Source of the DNA: Campylobacterota bacterium | GTDB lineage: Bacteria; Campylobacterota; Campylobacteria; Campylobacterales; Sulfurimonadaceae | Length of the DNA: 31,028 bases | Reading direction: 5' to 3' | Assembly (NCBI GenBank): GCA_034717975.1 | Contig: JAYEMF010000139.1 | Location: 1 to 31,028 of the forward strand | Shown: positions 1 to 8,701 of the stretch, piece after piece | How positions within the stretch are numbered: position 1 is the first letter of the stretch | Layout: each line of letters begins with the position of its first letter | Notes under the pieces: generated by a model | What the model saw: the letters and a program-made list of their open reading frames with translations, nothing else | What the model was told of the DNA's origin: nothing | The model's database searches: none | Made by a program: the position numbers and the translations under genes

Positions 1-82
1 CTAAAACGATAGTCGTTGCTATCATTGCCCTGCCGGTTCCAAGCATAGTCTCTTCAAGAGCTTTTTTAATACCATACGCCAT
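1..82 (-). pseudogene. Probable C-terminal fragment of an MMPL/RND (COG1033-type) transporter, running off the left edge
   Basis: Manual translation from ATG at 82 gives MAYGIKKALEETMLGTGRAMIATTIVL, which resembles the 'A(I/L)EETLxxTGRAxxxTxxVL' segment near the C-terminus of MMPL/RND exporters. The upstream sequence is the rnhA promoter and start, with no sign of the several hundred preceding residues. Confidence 0.45.
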
Positions 83-99
83 TAATCCGCTGCCAAAAA

Positions 100-108
100 T
101 GATATACT
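100..108 (+). promoter_or_regulatory. Extended -10 promoter (TGnTATACT) for rnhA-ytoQ
   Basis: TGATATACT lies about 30 nt upstream of the likely GTG start. Confidence 0.5.
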
Positions 109-139
109 CCAAAAAATATATATTATGAAGGCACAAAGA

Positions 140-913
140 GTGGCTAAAAAGTTTTACGTGGTATGGCAAGGCAGGGAAACAGGGATCTTCACGAATTGGG
201 CTACGTGTAAAAAGCAGGTCGACAAGTTTGCAGGGGCGAAATACAAGTCATTTCCGACAATGGAAGAGGCCAAGGCGGCTTTTTTTGGCACGGCACCGAC
301 TTCGAATATGAGATCATCCAAGAACGCACCGGTGAAAAAGAGAACAACGGCCCATACCGTTAAAACATACAGTGCCGATGAGATCACGGCAGTGTCCACA
401 GATGTAAAAATATTTACCGACGGCGGCTGCGAACCCAACCCCGGTGAAGCGGGTTCCGGCGTTGCCGTGTATCGTAACGGTGTGATCAGTGAGCTTTGGT
501 ACGGCCTCTATAACCCAAATGGCACGAACAACACCGCCGAGTTAAATGCACTGCACCGGGCTTTACTCATGGCGAGAGCTGAGATCGACCAAGGAAACTC
601 CGTCGCGATTTTTTGCGATTCCAAGTACTCTATTCAATGCATTACCCAATGGGCGGTTAACTGGGAGAAGAAGGGTTGGAAAAAAGCGGGCGGTGAGATA
701 AAAAACCTGGAGTTGATCAAAGAGATGTTCGCACTGCACCAGTTGCTCAAAGAGAAGGTTCAGGTTCTGCATGTAAACGGTCACGTGGGTGTTGAGGGCA
801 ACGAGCTGGCTGACCGCATGTCCATAATGGCCATAGAGACCAAAGATGCTGATTTCACACGCTATAGTGAAAAGATCGATATTAAAGCCATATTGGCCAT
901 GAGATCCGGATGA
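140..913 (+). CDS. rnhA: Ribonuclease HI with N-terminal hybrid-binding (caulimovirus viroplasmin-like) domain
   Basis: N-terminal KFYVVWQGRETGIFTNWATCKKQVDKFAGAKYKSF. Catalytic D-E-D-D residues lie in FTDGGC, TNNTAEL, CDSKY and GNELAD, with HVNGH also present. GTG at 140 follows AAGG; ATG at 125 is the alternative start. Confidence 0.92.
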   Translation: MAKKFYVVWQGRETGIFTNWATCKKQVDKFAGAKYKSFPTMEEAKAAFFGTAPTSNMRSSKNAPVKKRTTAHTVKTYSADEITAVSTDVKIFTDGGCEPNPGEAGSGVAVYRNGVISELWYGLYNPNGTNNTAELNALHRALLMARAEIDQGNSVAIFCDSKYSIQCITQWAVNWEKKGWKKAGGEIKNLELIKEMFALHQLLKEKVQVLHVNGHVGVEGNELADRMSIMAIETKDADFTRYSEKIDIKAILAMRSG

Positions 914-965
914 CTTTAAACGAAATAGCAGTATCCTTTTACTCAAACTATCTATGGAGGGAAGC

Positions 966-1406
966 ATGGGCATGACGGTATATTTATCGGGTGAGATACA
1001 CACCGCATGGCGTGATGAGATACGCCAGGGAGCGAAGGAAAAAGGGTTGGAGATCACCTTTACATCGGCAGTGACCGACCATGAAGCCAGTGATGCCGCC
1101 GGCGATCATCTCGGAGACGAAGCGAAGCAGTTCTGGCGTGATCATAAATCTGCCAAGGTCAACGCCATCCGGACCAAAACACTCATAGAAAAAAGTGATC
1201 TTGTCATTGTGCGCTTCGGTGACAAATACAAACAGTGGAATGCTGCATTCGATGCAGGTTACTGCGCAGCTCTGGGAAAACCCTATATCACCCTGCATGC
1301 CGAAGATATCATCCACCCGTTAAAAGAAGTCGATGCCGCGGCCATGGCATGGACGACCACCACCGACCAGGTTGTCGAGCTCCTGACCTATATCACACAA
1401 CAGTAA
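966..1406 (+). CDS. YtoQ-family protein (nucleoside 2-deoxyribosyltransferase-like fold)
   Basis: Motifs VYLSGEIHTAWR, FGDKYKQWNAAFDAG and HPLKEVD. GGAGG RBS at 956-960. Confidence 0.85.
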   Translation: MGMTVYLSGEIHTAWRDEIRQGAKEKGLEITFTSAVTDHEASDAAGDHLGDEAKQFWRDHKSAKVNAIRTKTLIEKSDLVIVRFGDKYKQWNAAFDAGYCAALGKPYITLHAEDIIHPLKEVDAAAMAWTTTTDQVVELLTYITQQ

Positions 1407-1420
1407 AATATAAAGGGGAG

Positions 1421-1446
1421 AGGCTGCTTTTGCGGAAAAACAGCCT
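1421..1446. terminator. Hairpin between convergent ytoQ and DEAD-box genes, possible bidirectional terminator
   Basis: AGGCTGCTTTT-GCGG-AAAAACAGCCT stem-loop. A second small hairpin GATATG-N5-CATATC lies at 1461-1477. U-tracts are weak. Confidence 0.5.
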
Positions 1447-1498
1447 GTTCATTTAGAATAGATATGGTATTCATATCCCCGTCAAAACACCCTGCCCT

Positions 1499-2737
1499 TT
1501 ACTTGGCGTCTTTACGTGCCTGTTCTCTGAGTTTGTCTTTTTTGCTCTTTTTTTTGCCTTTTACAGGTGCCGGGCCTTTCTCTATTTTAGGGGCTTCCCC
1601 TGTCAGTTCGTACCCCGCTATCTGTTCTCTCTCAAGCTTGATCTCGGAACGTTTCTCGATAAGTTTGAAATGGGCCTGCTCTTCATGCCCGATGAACGAG
1701 ACCGCCATGCCATACTTGCCGGCCCTCGCTGTCCTTCCGATGCGGTGGATGTAATCAGCCGGGGAACGGGGAAGGTCGAAATTGACAACACAGGAGATGT
1801 CGTTAATATCCAGCCCTCTTCCGACGAGGTCGGTAGCAAAGAGAATGCGGAATTTTTTCTCCTTGAACGCCTGTAACGTGTAGTTACGCTCCTCCTGGGT
1901 AAGGTCACCGTGAAACGAGTCGGCCGAAAAGCCGTACTTTCTAAATTTCGCTGCAATATTGTCCGCCGCTCTTTTATTGGCCATAAACACCAGGACCTGC
2001 TCCCACTTCTGGGTATCAAGAAGGTATCTGAGCAAGGGGCCGCGATTCTCACGGTTGACCTCAATGACGCGCTGGACAATACTCTCGACCGTCGGTGCCT
2101 CCTGTTCAAATGCGACTTCAACAGGGTTTTGCGTAATTCTGGAGGCGATAGCTACCATTTTTGGAGGATAGGTAGCAGAAAATAGAAGGTTTTGACGCTT
2201 TTCCGGCAGTTCCGGTAAAATGAGATCAAGCTCCTCGGAAAAGCCGAGATCAAGCATCTTATCTGCTTCGTCGAGAATAAGAAAATCCAGATGGGACAGG
2301 TTCATCTGCTTTTTACTCAGTACATCCAGCAGTCTGCCCGATGTCGCCACCACGATGTCACACCCCTGCTGAATGGCATAGAGCTGATCGCCAATGCTTT
2401 CACCGCCGATGATGCTGACCACCTTTGGCTTTTTCGATAAAAACGCACTGAAAGTCGCGAAGGTCCGGGCAAGCTGAAGCGTCAGCTCTCTGGTCGGGGT
2501 CAGCACCAGTGCCTTGATCTTCGCCTTCCCTTCACCGCGGCGCTTTGACCAAAGCTCCAAAACCGGCAGAACGAAGCTCGCACTTTTACCGCTTCCCGTC
2601 TGGGCCCTCGCCATGACATCATGGTCTGCGAGTACAAGCGGAATCACCTTTTCCTGAACGGGAGTCGGCTCGACATAGTTGTTTTCCCGAAGTGCACGCG
2701 CTATGTGAGATGAGAGTCCGAGTTTAGAAAATGGCAT
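1499..2737 (-). CDS. DEAD-box ATP-dependent RNA helicase (RhlE-like)
   Basis: Q motif PTPVQ, then AQTGSGKS, PTREL, DEAD, SAT and HRIGRTARAG, with a Lys-rich tail. The start was re-placed at MPFSKLGL (GAGG RBS, TAAAAT box at 2766-2771). Confidence 0.93.
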   Translation of the reverse strand: MPFSKLGLSSHIARALRENNYVEPTPVQEKVIPLVLADHDVMARAQTGSGKSASFVLPVLELWSKRRGEGKAKIKALVLTPTRELTLQLARTFATFSAFLSKKPKVVSIIGGESIGDQLYAIQQGCDIVVATSGRLLDVLSKKQMNLSHLDFLILDEADKMLDLGFSEELDLILPELPEKRQNLLFSATYPPKMVAIASRITQNPVEVAFEQEAPTVESIVQRVIEVNRENRGPLLRYLLDTQKWEQVLVFMANKRAADNIAAKFRKYGFSADSFHGDLTQEERNYTLQAFKEKKFRILFATDLVGRGLDINDISCVVNFDLPRSPADYIHRIGRTARAGKYGMAVSFIGHEEQAHFKLIEKRSEIKLEREQIAGYELTGEAPKIEKGPAPVKGKKKSKKDKLREQARKDAK

Positions 2738-2799
2738 TTGGGGTTTCCTCGTATTGTTTGTGCGTATTTTAGGAGGTTTGGGCTTTAGGGCAGATTTGA

Positions 2800-3333
2800 C
2801 TAGGCCCACTCTTCCTGTGTCACACTCACACTGTTCTCCCGTTCATCGAGTAGCAGCAGTTCAGCATCTTGAATGTTGCACTGAAGCTGCATAGAACGCT
2901 CTATCAGTGACTCCGGCTCCCCTGCAAAACTCAAGTGGATTAAACGTAGGTTTTTAAAGCGTCTGAGTTTGCCCTCGTTCTGTCGCCACCATGCATCAGC
3001 GGCTTTGTGGTTGTACGTGTAGATAATGACCTGCTCTGAGCGGCCGCAGGCTTTCCTGATGCGCTTTTCATCCGGCTGGCCAAGGTCGATCCAGAGTTCT
3101 ATCTCGCCGCCGAAATTTTTCTTCCACAGCTCCGGTTCATCTTCCTGGCTGAGTCCTTTGGTAAAACTCAGTGACTCATCGGCATGAAGCGCAAAGGCGA
3201 TAAGACGGACCATCATACGCAGGTTGTTTTCAGAGGGGTGCTGCGCGATAGTGAGATCAAAGTCGTTATAGTAGTGACGATCCATGTCGGCAACCGAGAG
3301 GGATACTTTGTAAATCGTAGCGCCTAGTGCCAT
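2800..3333 (-). CDS. yaeQ: YaeQ family protein
   Basis: MALGATIYK start, AQHPSE..RMMVRL, F.KGLS..DEPELW and LWIDLGQPDEKRIRKAC. Confidence 0.92.
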   Translation of the reverse strand: MALGATIYKVSLSVADMDRHYYNDFDLTIAQHPSENNLRMMVRLIAFALHADESLSFTKGLSQEDEPELWKKNFGGEIELWIDLGQPDEKRIRKACGRSEQVIIYTYNHKAADAWWRQNEGKLRRFKNLRLIHLSFAGEPESLIERSMQLQCNIQDAELLLLDERENSVSVTQEEWA

Positions 3334-4034
3334 CTTTTCTCCTTGCCTGTATAATCTGTGGAAGAAGATGAAACATTAACCATCTCATTCAACTCTGCCA
3401 ATCGCTGCGGGGTGCCGATATCCCGCCACTCACCCTCATACAGCTCACCGCTGATCTGATTTTGATCAATTGCTTTACGCAATAACGGCGCCAAGGGCTG
3501 TTTTCCGTAGTTCAAGTCCTGAAACAGTTTCGGGCTGTAGTAGCCGATACCGGAAAATGTCTGTTTGACGTCACCTTTGCCGGAGAGTCGATTCGACTCG
3601 AGCACGAAATCCCCTTTGAGATTATGTTCGGGATTTTCCACCAAAACCAGATGGGCAAGATCGTCTTCCAGATCAAATAAAGGATTAAATCCATAATCAG
3701 ACCAGACATCACCATTGACAACTAGAAACGGTTCATCACCCAGCAAGGGAAGCGCTTTGATAATGCCGCCTGCACTCTCCAATGCCCCCTTTTCCTGCTC
3801 ATCGGAGTAGGTGATGTTGACACCCCATTGGGAACCGTCGCCCAATGTTTCGGGAATCATAAAGCCTAAATGGGCGATATTTATAATGATCTCTTTAAAA
3901 CCGGAAGCAGCCAGCTTTTCGATCTGCCAGACAATCAGCGGCTTGCCATCTACTTCAAGCAGCGGTTTTGGAAGATGGTCTGTCAGCGGGCGCATCCGTT
4001 CACCACGGCCAGCTGCGAGGATCATCGCTTTCAT
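3324..4034 (-). CDS. murU: N-acetylmuramate alpha-1-phosphate uridylyltransferase
   Basis: MKAMILAAGRGERMRPLTD.LPKPL, LESAGGI, VVNGDVW and W.DIGTP. Shares an ATGA overlap with amgK. Confidence 0.88.
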   Translation of the reverse strand: MKAMILAAGRGERMRPLTDHLPKPLLEVDGKPLIVWQIEKLAASGFKEIIINIAHLGFMIPETLGDGSQWGVNITYSDEQEKGALESAGGIIKALPLLGDEPFLVVNGDVWSDYGFNPLFDLEDDLAHLVLVENPEHNLKGDFVLESNRLSGKGDVKQTFSGIGYYSPKLFQDLNYGKQPLAPLLRKAIDQNQISGELYEGEWRDIGTPQRLAELNEMVNVSSSSTDYTGKEKRWH

Positions 4035-4975
4035 GGGAGCTTTATACCTTTAAGCAGCGCTGTCAGTTCACGCGTCTCTTCGTAACGTTCGCCTGCCTCT
4101 AGAACATATTTCAGTGTTAGAGGAAGATCGTTAAGATAGCCATCTTTTCCATCACGCAGATAAAGTCTTGCAAAGACACCAAGGACTTTAATGTGTCGCT
4201 GCAATCCCATAAAATCGAACCACCTCAGAAAAGTTGCATCATCGACATCCAATCTCTTTAGATTGCGAAACTGTAACGCCAGTTTTTCGATCTCCGAGCG
4301 TTCATGGGTAATGTAGCAGTCTTTTAGCAGAGAAACCAGATCATAGGTCAATGCCCCGCTCATCGCATCCTGATAGTCAATGACACCCAGCTGATCAGCT
4401 GGAGTGAGCAGCATATTGCGAGAGTGGTAATCACGGTGGACAAAGAGATTTTGCGGCTGGGAAAGAACGACATCGGCGATACTGTCGAGTGTCTCGTCTA
4501 TGAGCTTTTTTTGTTCATCACTTAGTGACAGTTTCAGATATTTCTCTAAAAACCACTCCTGCATCAGCTCCATTTCGAAACGTAAAAAAGCTTTGTCATA
4601 TATCGGCAATCCTCTGGCATCACTCGCTTGCATGTTGACAATCGTTTTAATCGCTTTGATATAGAGATCTTTGTAGTTACTCTCATCGAGAATATCAAGA
4701 TAGTGGACGCTCCCAAAATCCTCGATGATCAAAAAGCCGTCATCCAGGTTTTGCTCGATGATATTGGGTGCATTGACTCCAGAGGCGAGAAGACGCCCGG
4801 TCACATCAAGAAAAGGAGTTAGGGACTCCTTTTCCAACGATGAGTCCATCAAAATATAGTTTTTGTCGCTATGTTGAAGCCTGAAGTAACGACGAAAACT
4901 GGCATCTTCAGAAGCAATTTCAACATTATAATCCCGCCAGCCGATGGCTTCCAGCCACGCTTTGATCTTATGCAT
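4031..4975 (-). CDS. amgK: Anomeric MurNAc/GlcNAc kinase (APH-like phosphotransferase)
   Basis: DASFRRYFR, HRDYHSRN, IDYQDA, YDLVSLLKDCY and QRHIKVLG.FARL..RDGK. The start was re-placed at ATG 4975, an 8-nt overlap with the anmK stop. Adjacent to murU. Confidence 0.88.
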   Translation of the reverse strand: MHKIKAWLEAIGWRDYNVEIASEDASFRRYFRLQHSDKNYILMDSSLEKESLTPFLDVTGRLLASGVNAPNIIEQNLDDGFLIIEDFGSVHYLDILDESNYKDLYIKAIKTIVNMQASDARGLPIYDKAFLRFEMELMQEWFLEKYLKLSLSDEQKKLIDETLDSIADVVLSQPQNLFVHRDYHSRNMLLTPADQLGVIDYQDAMSGALTYDLVSLLKDCYITHERSEIEKLALQFRNLKRLDVDDATFLRWFDFMGLQRHIKVLGVFARLYLRDGKDGYLNDLPLTLKYVLEAGERYEETRELTALLKGIKLP

Positions 4976-6053
4976 AAATGCCACCCAGTATGCCATTGGT
5001 ATCTGCACCTGTAACGGTTTTAAGTTCGACACTCTCTTTATGCAGCCGTTTATAGGCCAGCCAGGCGAAGGCCATCGCTTCTATATTGTCACTGCTGACA
5101 CCATAGGCATCAGTGGAAGCCACTTCAACCGAAGGTAAACATCGCTGCAGACGCTCCATCAAAAAGCTGTTTCTCACCCCTCCGCCACACACTAACAATA
5201 ACTCAGGTTCAAACTTCATCACCTCATCAGCAATCGATCGGACAGTCAACTCGCTTATCGTCGCTTGAATGTCCTGCGGATCAAGATGGCTAAATGGCTG
5301 TAGCTTGGATTCGAGCCACCCACTGTTAAAATACTCCCTGCCTGTACTTTTTGGCGCAGATTTTTTAAAATAGAGGTCATCAAGCAGTCTCTCTAAAAGT
5401 GATCTGTCGATCGTTCCACTGGCGGCCCATTGACCATCCTTATCATAGGGAAGACTCTTATGCTTATTGACCCATCCGTCGATCAGTACATTCCCCGGAC
5501 CGGTATCGTAGCCTGTCAACTGATCACCAATAAGTGTAATATTGGCCATACCGCCGATATTGACAATGGCACACCGCTGCGCAAGATTATGAAATAAAAA
5601 ATGGTGAAACGCCGGAGCAAAAGGTGCGCCCTGCCCGCCCAGTGCCATATCTTTACGCCTGAAATCCGCTACGACTTTAATCCCTGTCCTGGTGGTGACA
5701 ATATTTGGGTCACCCAGCTGCATGGTAAAAGGCATTTTACTGTCGGGCGCATGCCAGAGCGTCTGGCCATGCAGGCCGATCGCCTCGATACGTTCGGTAT
5801 CAAGGTCATACTTTGCTATCAGTGCCAAAACAGCATCAGCAAAAAGATGTCCGAGACGATGATCGATCTCACCCATTTTCGAGAGGCTTGCAGTGCCGCC
5901 AATAACTGCTAGGATCTCCTCTTTCAAGCTGTTTTCAAACGGATACTCCAGTGAGGCAGCCAGTTCAATACCATCTGCTCCGACAGGGCAGATCACCACA
6001 TCCACCCCATCCATACTCGTACCGGACATTACCCCGATATAACACTTTTTCAT
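4968..6053 (-). CDS. anmK: Anhydro-N-acetylmuramic acid kinase
   Basis: GVMSGTSMDGVD, HGQT, D.ALGGQGAP, NIGG.AN, DTGPGN, PKSTGRE and EAMAFAWL. Confidence 0.95.
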   Translation of the reverse strand: MKKCYIGVMSGTSMDGVDVVICPVGADGIELAASLEYPFENSLKEEILAVIGGTASLSKMGEIDHRLGHLFADAVLALIAKYDLDTERIEAIGLHGQTLWHAPDSKMPFTMQLGDPNIVTTRTGIKVVADFRRKDMALGGQGAPFAPAFHHFLFHNLAQRCAIVNIGGMANITLIGDQLTGYDTGPGNVLIDGWVNKHKSLPYDKDGQWAASGTIDRSLLERLLDDLYFKKSAPKSTGREYFNSGWLESKLQPFSHLDPQDIQATISELTVRSIADEVMKFEPELLLVCGGGVRNSFLMERLQRCLPSVEVASTDAYGVSSDNIEAMAFAWLAYKRLHKESVELKTVTGADTNGILGGIYA

Positions 6054-6094
6054 GTTAGTTTCCACATACGGCAAATATTTGCAGAGGCCATCTA

Positions 6095-7633
6095 CTACGC
6101 ATTTTTTTCCCTTTCCGATTTCCCCATACTTCCGCTACTTGATTGCACGATCATAAACGATACCATAGTCCCGATAACAAGCTGCCATGAAAACCCAAGT
6201 TTAAAATCAGTGACGTAACTTAAGATGTAAGGCTGTAGCAGCAACACCGTCATAAATCCGCCGATCAACCCAAACAGCACACTTTTTTGCGATCCACGTT
6301 TGGTAAAGATCGCCGAAAAGTAGACCCCAAGCAACCCGGAGTAGGCAAAGGCCATCACCCCGAGGGCGAAACTAAGCAGCGGCAGGTCGGTATAGCGCTG
6401 CCAAAAGTAGCTGATCATCGCCATGATAGAGAGCAACGCAGCAAAAACAACTACCGCGATACGAGCCGCTTTGACATAATGCTGCTCAGCCATCTCTGAA
6501 CGCGCTGACTTCCACGGACGGTAAAAATCCTCAATGGCGACCGATGACATGGCCCCGAGCACCGAAGTGGTCGATGAGAGCGCCGCAGCAATGGCTCCGA
6601 CAGTAACCAAGCCGCGCAGACCTTCGGGCATCTCATTCAAGATATAGGTCATAAACACCGTTATCTTCTCACCCTGAAAGCTCTGTTCAATACCACCGGC
6701 GCCAAAAGATGAAATCTCCGGATGCTGGTAGTAAAGGTAGAGCAGCAGACCGATTGCCAAAAAGAGGATATTTACAGGAAGACTGAAAACAATGGCATAG
6801 ATCAGTGAACGTGCCCCCTCTTTCTCACTTTTACAGCTTAGGACCCGCTGTGTCATATCCTGATCTAACCCAAATACGGCGATATTAAGCAGCAGCCAGC
6901 CGCTTAGCAGTGCCCAGATACTGAATTCACCTGAAAATGAAAAATCAAGCACCACTAACTTCTCATTACTCTCCAACAGCGAGACCATATTCCCAAGATC
7001 AGCGTTCAAAGCAGTGTACAGGTAGATAAGGACGGCCACGGCAGCACCAAGATAGGTAACTGCCTGAATGACGTCACTGTAGATGATCGAACGCACTCCG
7101 CCGACGTAGGTATAGGCCAGTGCCCCCGATATAAGGACGATGATGGAGATGGCGACATGCGATGCGATAATATCGCTGAACAGGATCATCGAAATAGCCA
7201 GGGCACCGATATAGAGCCGTGCACCGCTGGCAAAGAGGCGGCCGATGAGAAACATCGCTCCTGCCTCTTTTTTTGCAGGCTCTCCGTAACGGATCTCAAG
7301 CAGTTCATAGACAGTGACGGCACGGATCGCGTAAAAACGGGGAATCAGCACTTTGGCAACAAAGATGGCAGCCAGAAATCCCGACAGGGAGAACCCAAGC
7401 AGCGTCAGATCGTTACGATAGGAGAACTCCGGCCCGCCCAGAAATGTCGCGGCCGACTGGGCCGTGGCCAGTACCGACACGGCGACAGCCAGCATCGGCA
7501 TCGTGTTTCCTCCGACGAAATAGTCGCGCGAGGAGTCAATACCCCGGCGGCTCAGCCAGATTGATGTCCCTATCAACAGCAGAAAATAGCCGATAAAAAC
7601 GGTCCAGTCCAGCAGAGAAAATGTCGAGTTCAT
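6095..7633 (-). CDS. Sodium:solute symporter (SSS) family transporter, candidate amino-sugar/muropeptide importer
   Basis: About 13 hydrophobic segments with ATAQSAATFLGGP, GG.RSIIYSDVIQ, DQDMTQR.L and AAALSS. TGATG overlap with nagZ. Confidence 0.88.
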   Translation of the reverse strand: MNSTFSLLDWTVFIGYFLLLIGTSIWLSRRGIDSSRDYFVGGNTMPMLAVAVSVLATAQSAATFLGGPEFSYRNDLTLLGFSLSGFLAAIFVAKVLIPRFYAIRAVTVYELLEIRYGEPAKKEAGAMFLIGRLFASGARLYIGALAISMILFSDIIASHVAISIIVLISGALAYTYVGGVRSIIYSDVIQAVTYLGAAVAVLIYLYTALNADLGNMVSLLESNEKLVVLDFSFSGEFSIWALLSGWLLLNIAVFGLDQDMTQRVLSCKSEKEGARSLIYAIVFSLPVNILFLAIGLLLYLYYQHPEISSFGAGGIEQSFQGEKITVFMTYILNEMPEGLRGLVTVGAIAAALSSTTSVLGAMSSVAIEDFYRPWKSARSEMAEQHYVKAARIAVVVFAALLSIMAMISYFWQRYTDLPLLSFALGVMAFAYSGLLGVYFSAIFTKRGSQKSVLFGLIGGFMTVLLLQPYILSYVTDFKLGFSWQLVIGTMVSFMIVQSSSGSMGKSEREKNA

Positions 7634-8697
7634 CAGGCTTTTTTCCCATTATGGAAGTAGTGTTGGCGCAACGCATCGATGCGGGTGTTGGCCGCTTCAA
7701 TGGTTGAGAGCTTAATGGCATCCGATTGAACCTGCTTGTATATCACCTCAATAAGCTCATCAAGATCCTGATAAGCCAACTGATTGCCAAAGAGCAGCAT
7801 ATCTACCCCCGTATTGATCGCTAATGTCACTGTCTCTTCAAGCGGGTAATGTTCCGAGATCGCTTTCATCTGCAGGTCGTCACTGACGACAACACCCTCA
7901 AACCCAAGTTTCTTGCGTAAAAGACCGGTGTTAACGGCATAGGAGAGGGTTGCGGGGTACTGCGGATCGAGCCGGCGGTTAAACACGTGTGCGGTCATGA
8001 TCATATCGGCTTGCCTGTTATCAATCATGATCTTGTAAGCTTGCAATTCCGTCTCACTCCAGCTCTCACTCACATCGACAAAGCCTTCATGCGAATCATC
8101 CTGCGAGGAACCATGCCCCGGGAAATGCTTCAACACACTGATAATGCCTTGACGCTTCAAAGCATCACGGAAGGTACCTGCAAATCTCGCGACATGCTCA
8201 GGGTCTTTTCCATAGGAGCGTTCAAGCTTGACGATGACCTTGTTGGCCTCATTGATACGAAGATCGACTACCGGGGCAAAATCGCAGTTGATGCCATGCT
8301 CGTTCAGCATGCCTGCCAGATCGTCATAACTCGCTTTCGCATGCATCACATCACTCCCCGCACCGATGCTGGCGGCACTCGGTGTCTCTAAAAAACCGTA
8401 CTCCGGATTCAGTCGGGCCACCCGGCCACCCTCCTGATCGACGGCGATGATCAATGGCCGGGATGCGATCTGCTGCAGCTGTGTTGTCAATCGTTTGAGC
8501 TGTTGTGGATTTCGGATATTTTTAACACGGTCACGTTTATGATAGAAGCGGTCGAAAAGAATGACACCGCCAAGCGGATGCTCTTTTAGTTGACGGTAGA
8601 TCTTGCTTTGCGGTGTTACCGACTCATCATCAAAACCAACGATCAACATACCCGCAATCAGGCTCTTGATCTGCTTTTCTGACGAGGAAGTATGCAA
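7633..8697 (-). CDS. nagZ: GH3 beta-N-acetylglucosaminidase (NagZ), no signal peptide evident
   Basis: GGVILF, VDQEGGRVARL, FAPVVD, the NagZ signature KHFPGHGSSQDDSH, MTAHV and SDDLQM. TTG at 8697 just after the rny stop is preferred over ATG 8823, which overlaps rny; ATG 8649 is also possible. Confidence 0.9.
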   Translation of the reverse strand: MHTSSSEKQIKSLIAGMLIVGFDDESVTPQSKIYRQLKEHPLGGVILFDRFYHKRDRVKNIRNPQQLKRLTTQLQQIASRPLIIAVDQEGGRVARLNPEYGFLETPSAASIGAGSDVMHAKASYDDLAGMLNEHGINCDFAPVVDLRINEANKVIVKLERSYGKDPEHVARFAGTFRDALKRQGIISVLKHFPGHGSSQDDSHEGFVDVSESWSETELQAYKIMIDNRQADMIMTAHVFNRRLDPQYPATLSYAVNTGLLRKKLGFEGVVVSDDLQMKAISEHYPLEETVTLAINTGVDMLLFGNQLAYQDLDELIEVIYKQVQSDAIKLSTIEAANTRIDALRQHYFHNGKKA

Positions 8698-8701
8698 TGT
8701 T

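Noticed and set aside
140..3333. Anti-phage defence or retroelement system (RNase H + YtoQ + helicase + YaeQ)
   Set aside because: No reverse transcriptase, effector or ncRNA is visible. The genes lie in two convergent units and each has an ordinary explanation.
4031..4975. Aminoglycoside resistance phosphotransferase
   Set aside because: Motifs and coupling to murU/anmK identify it as AmgK.
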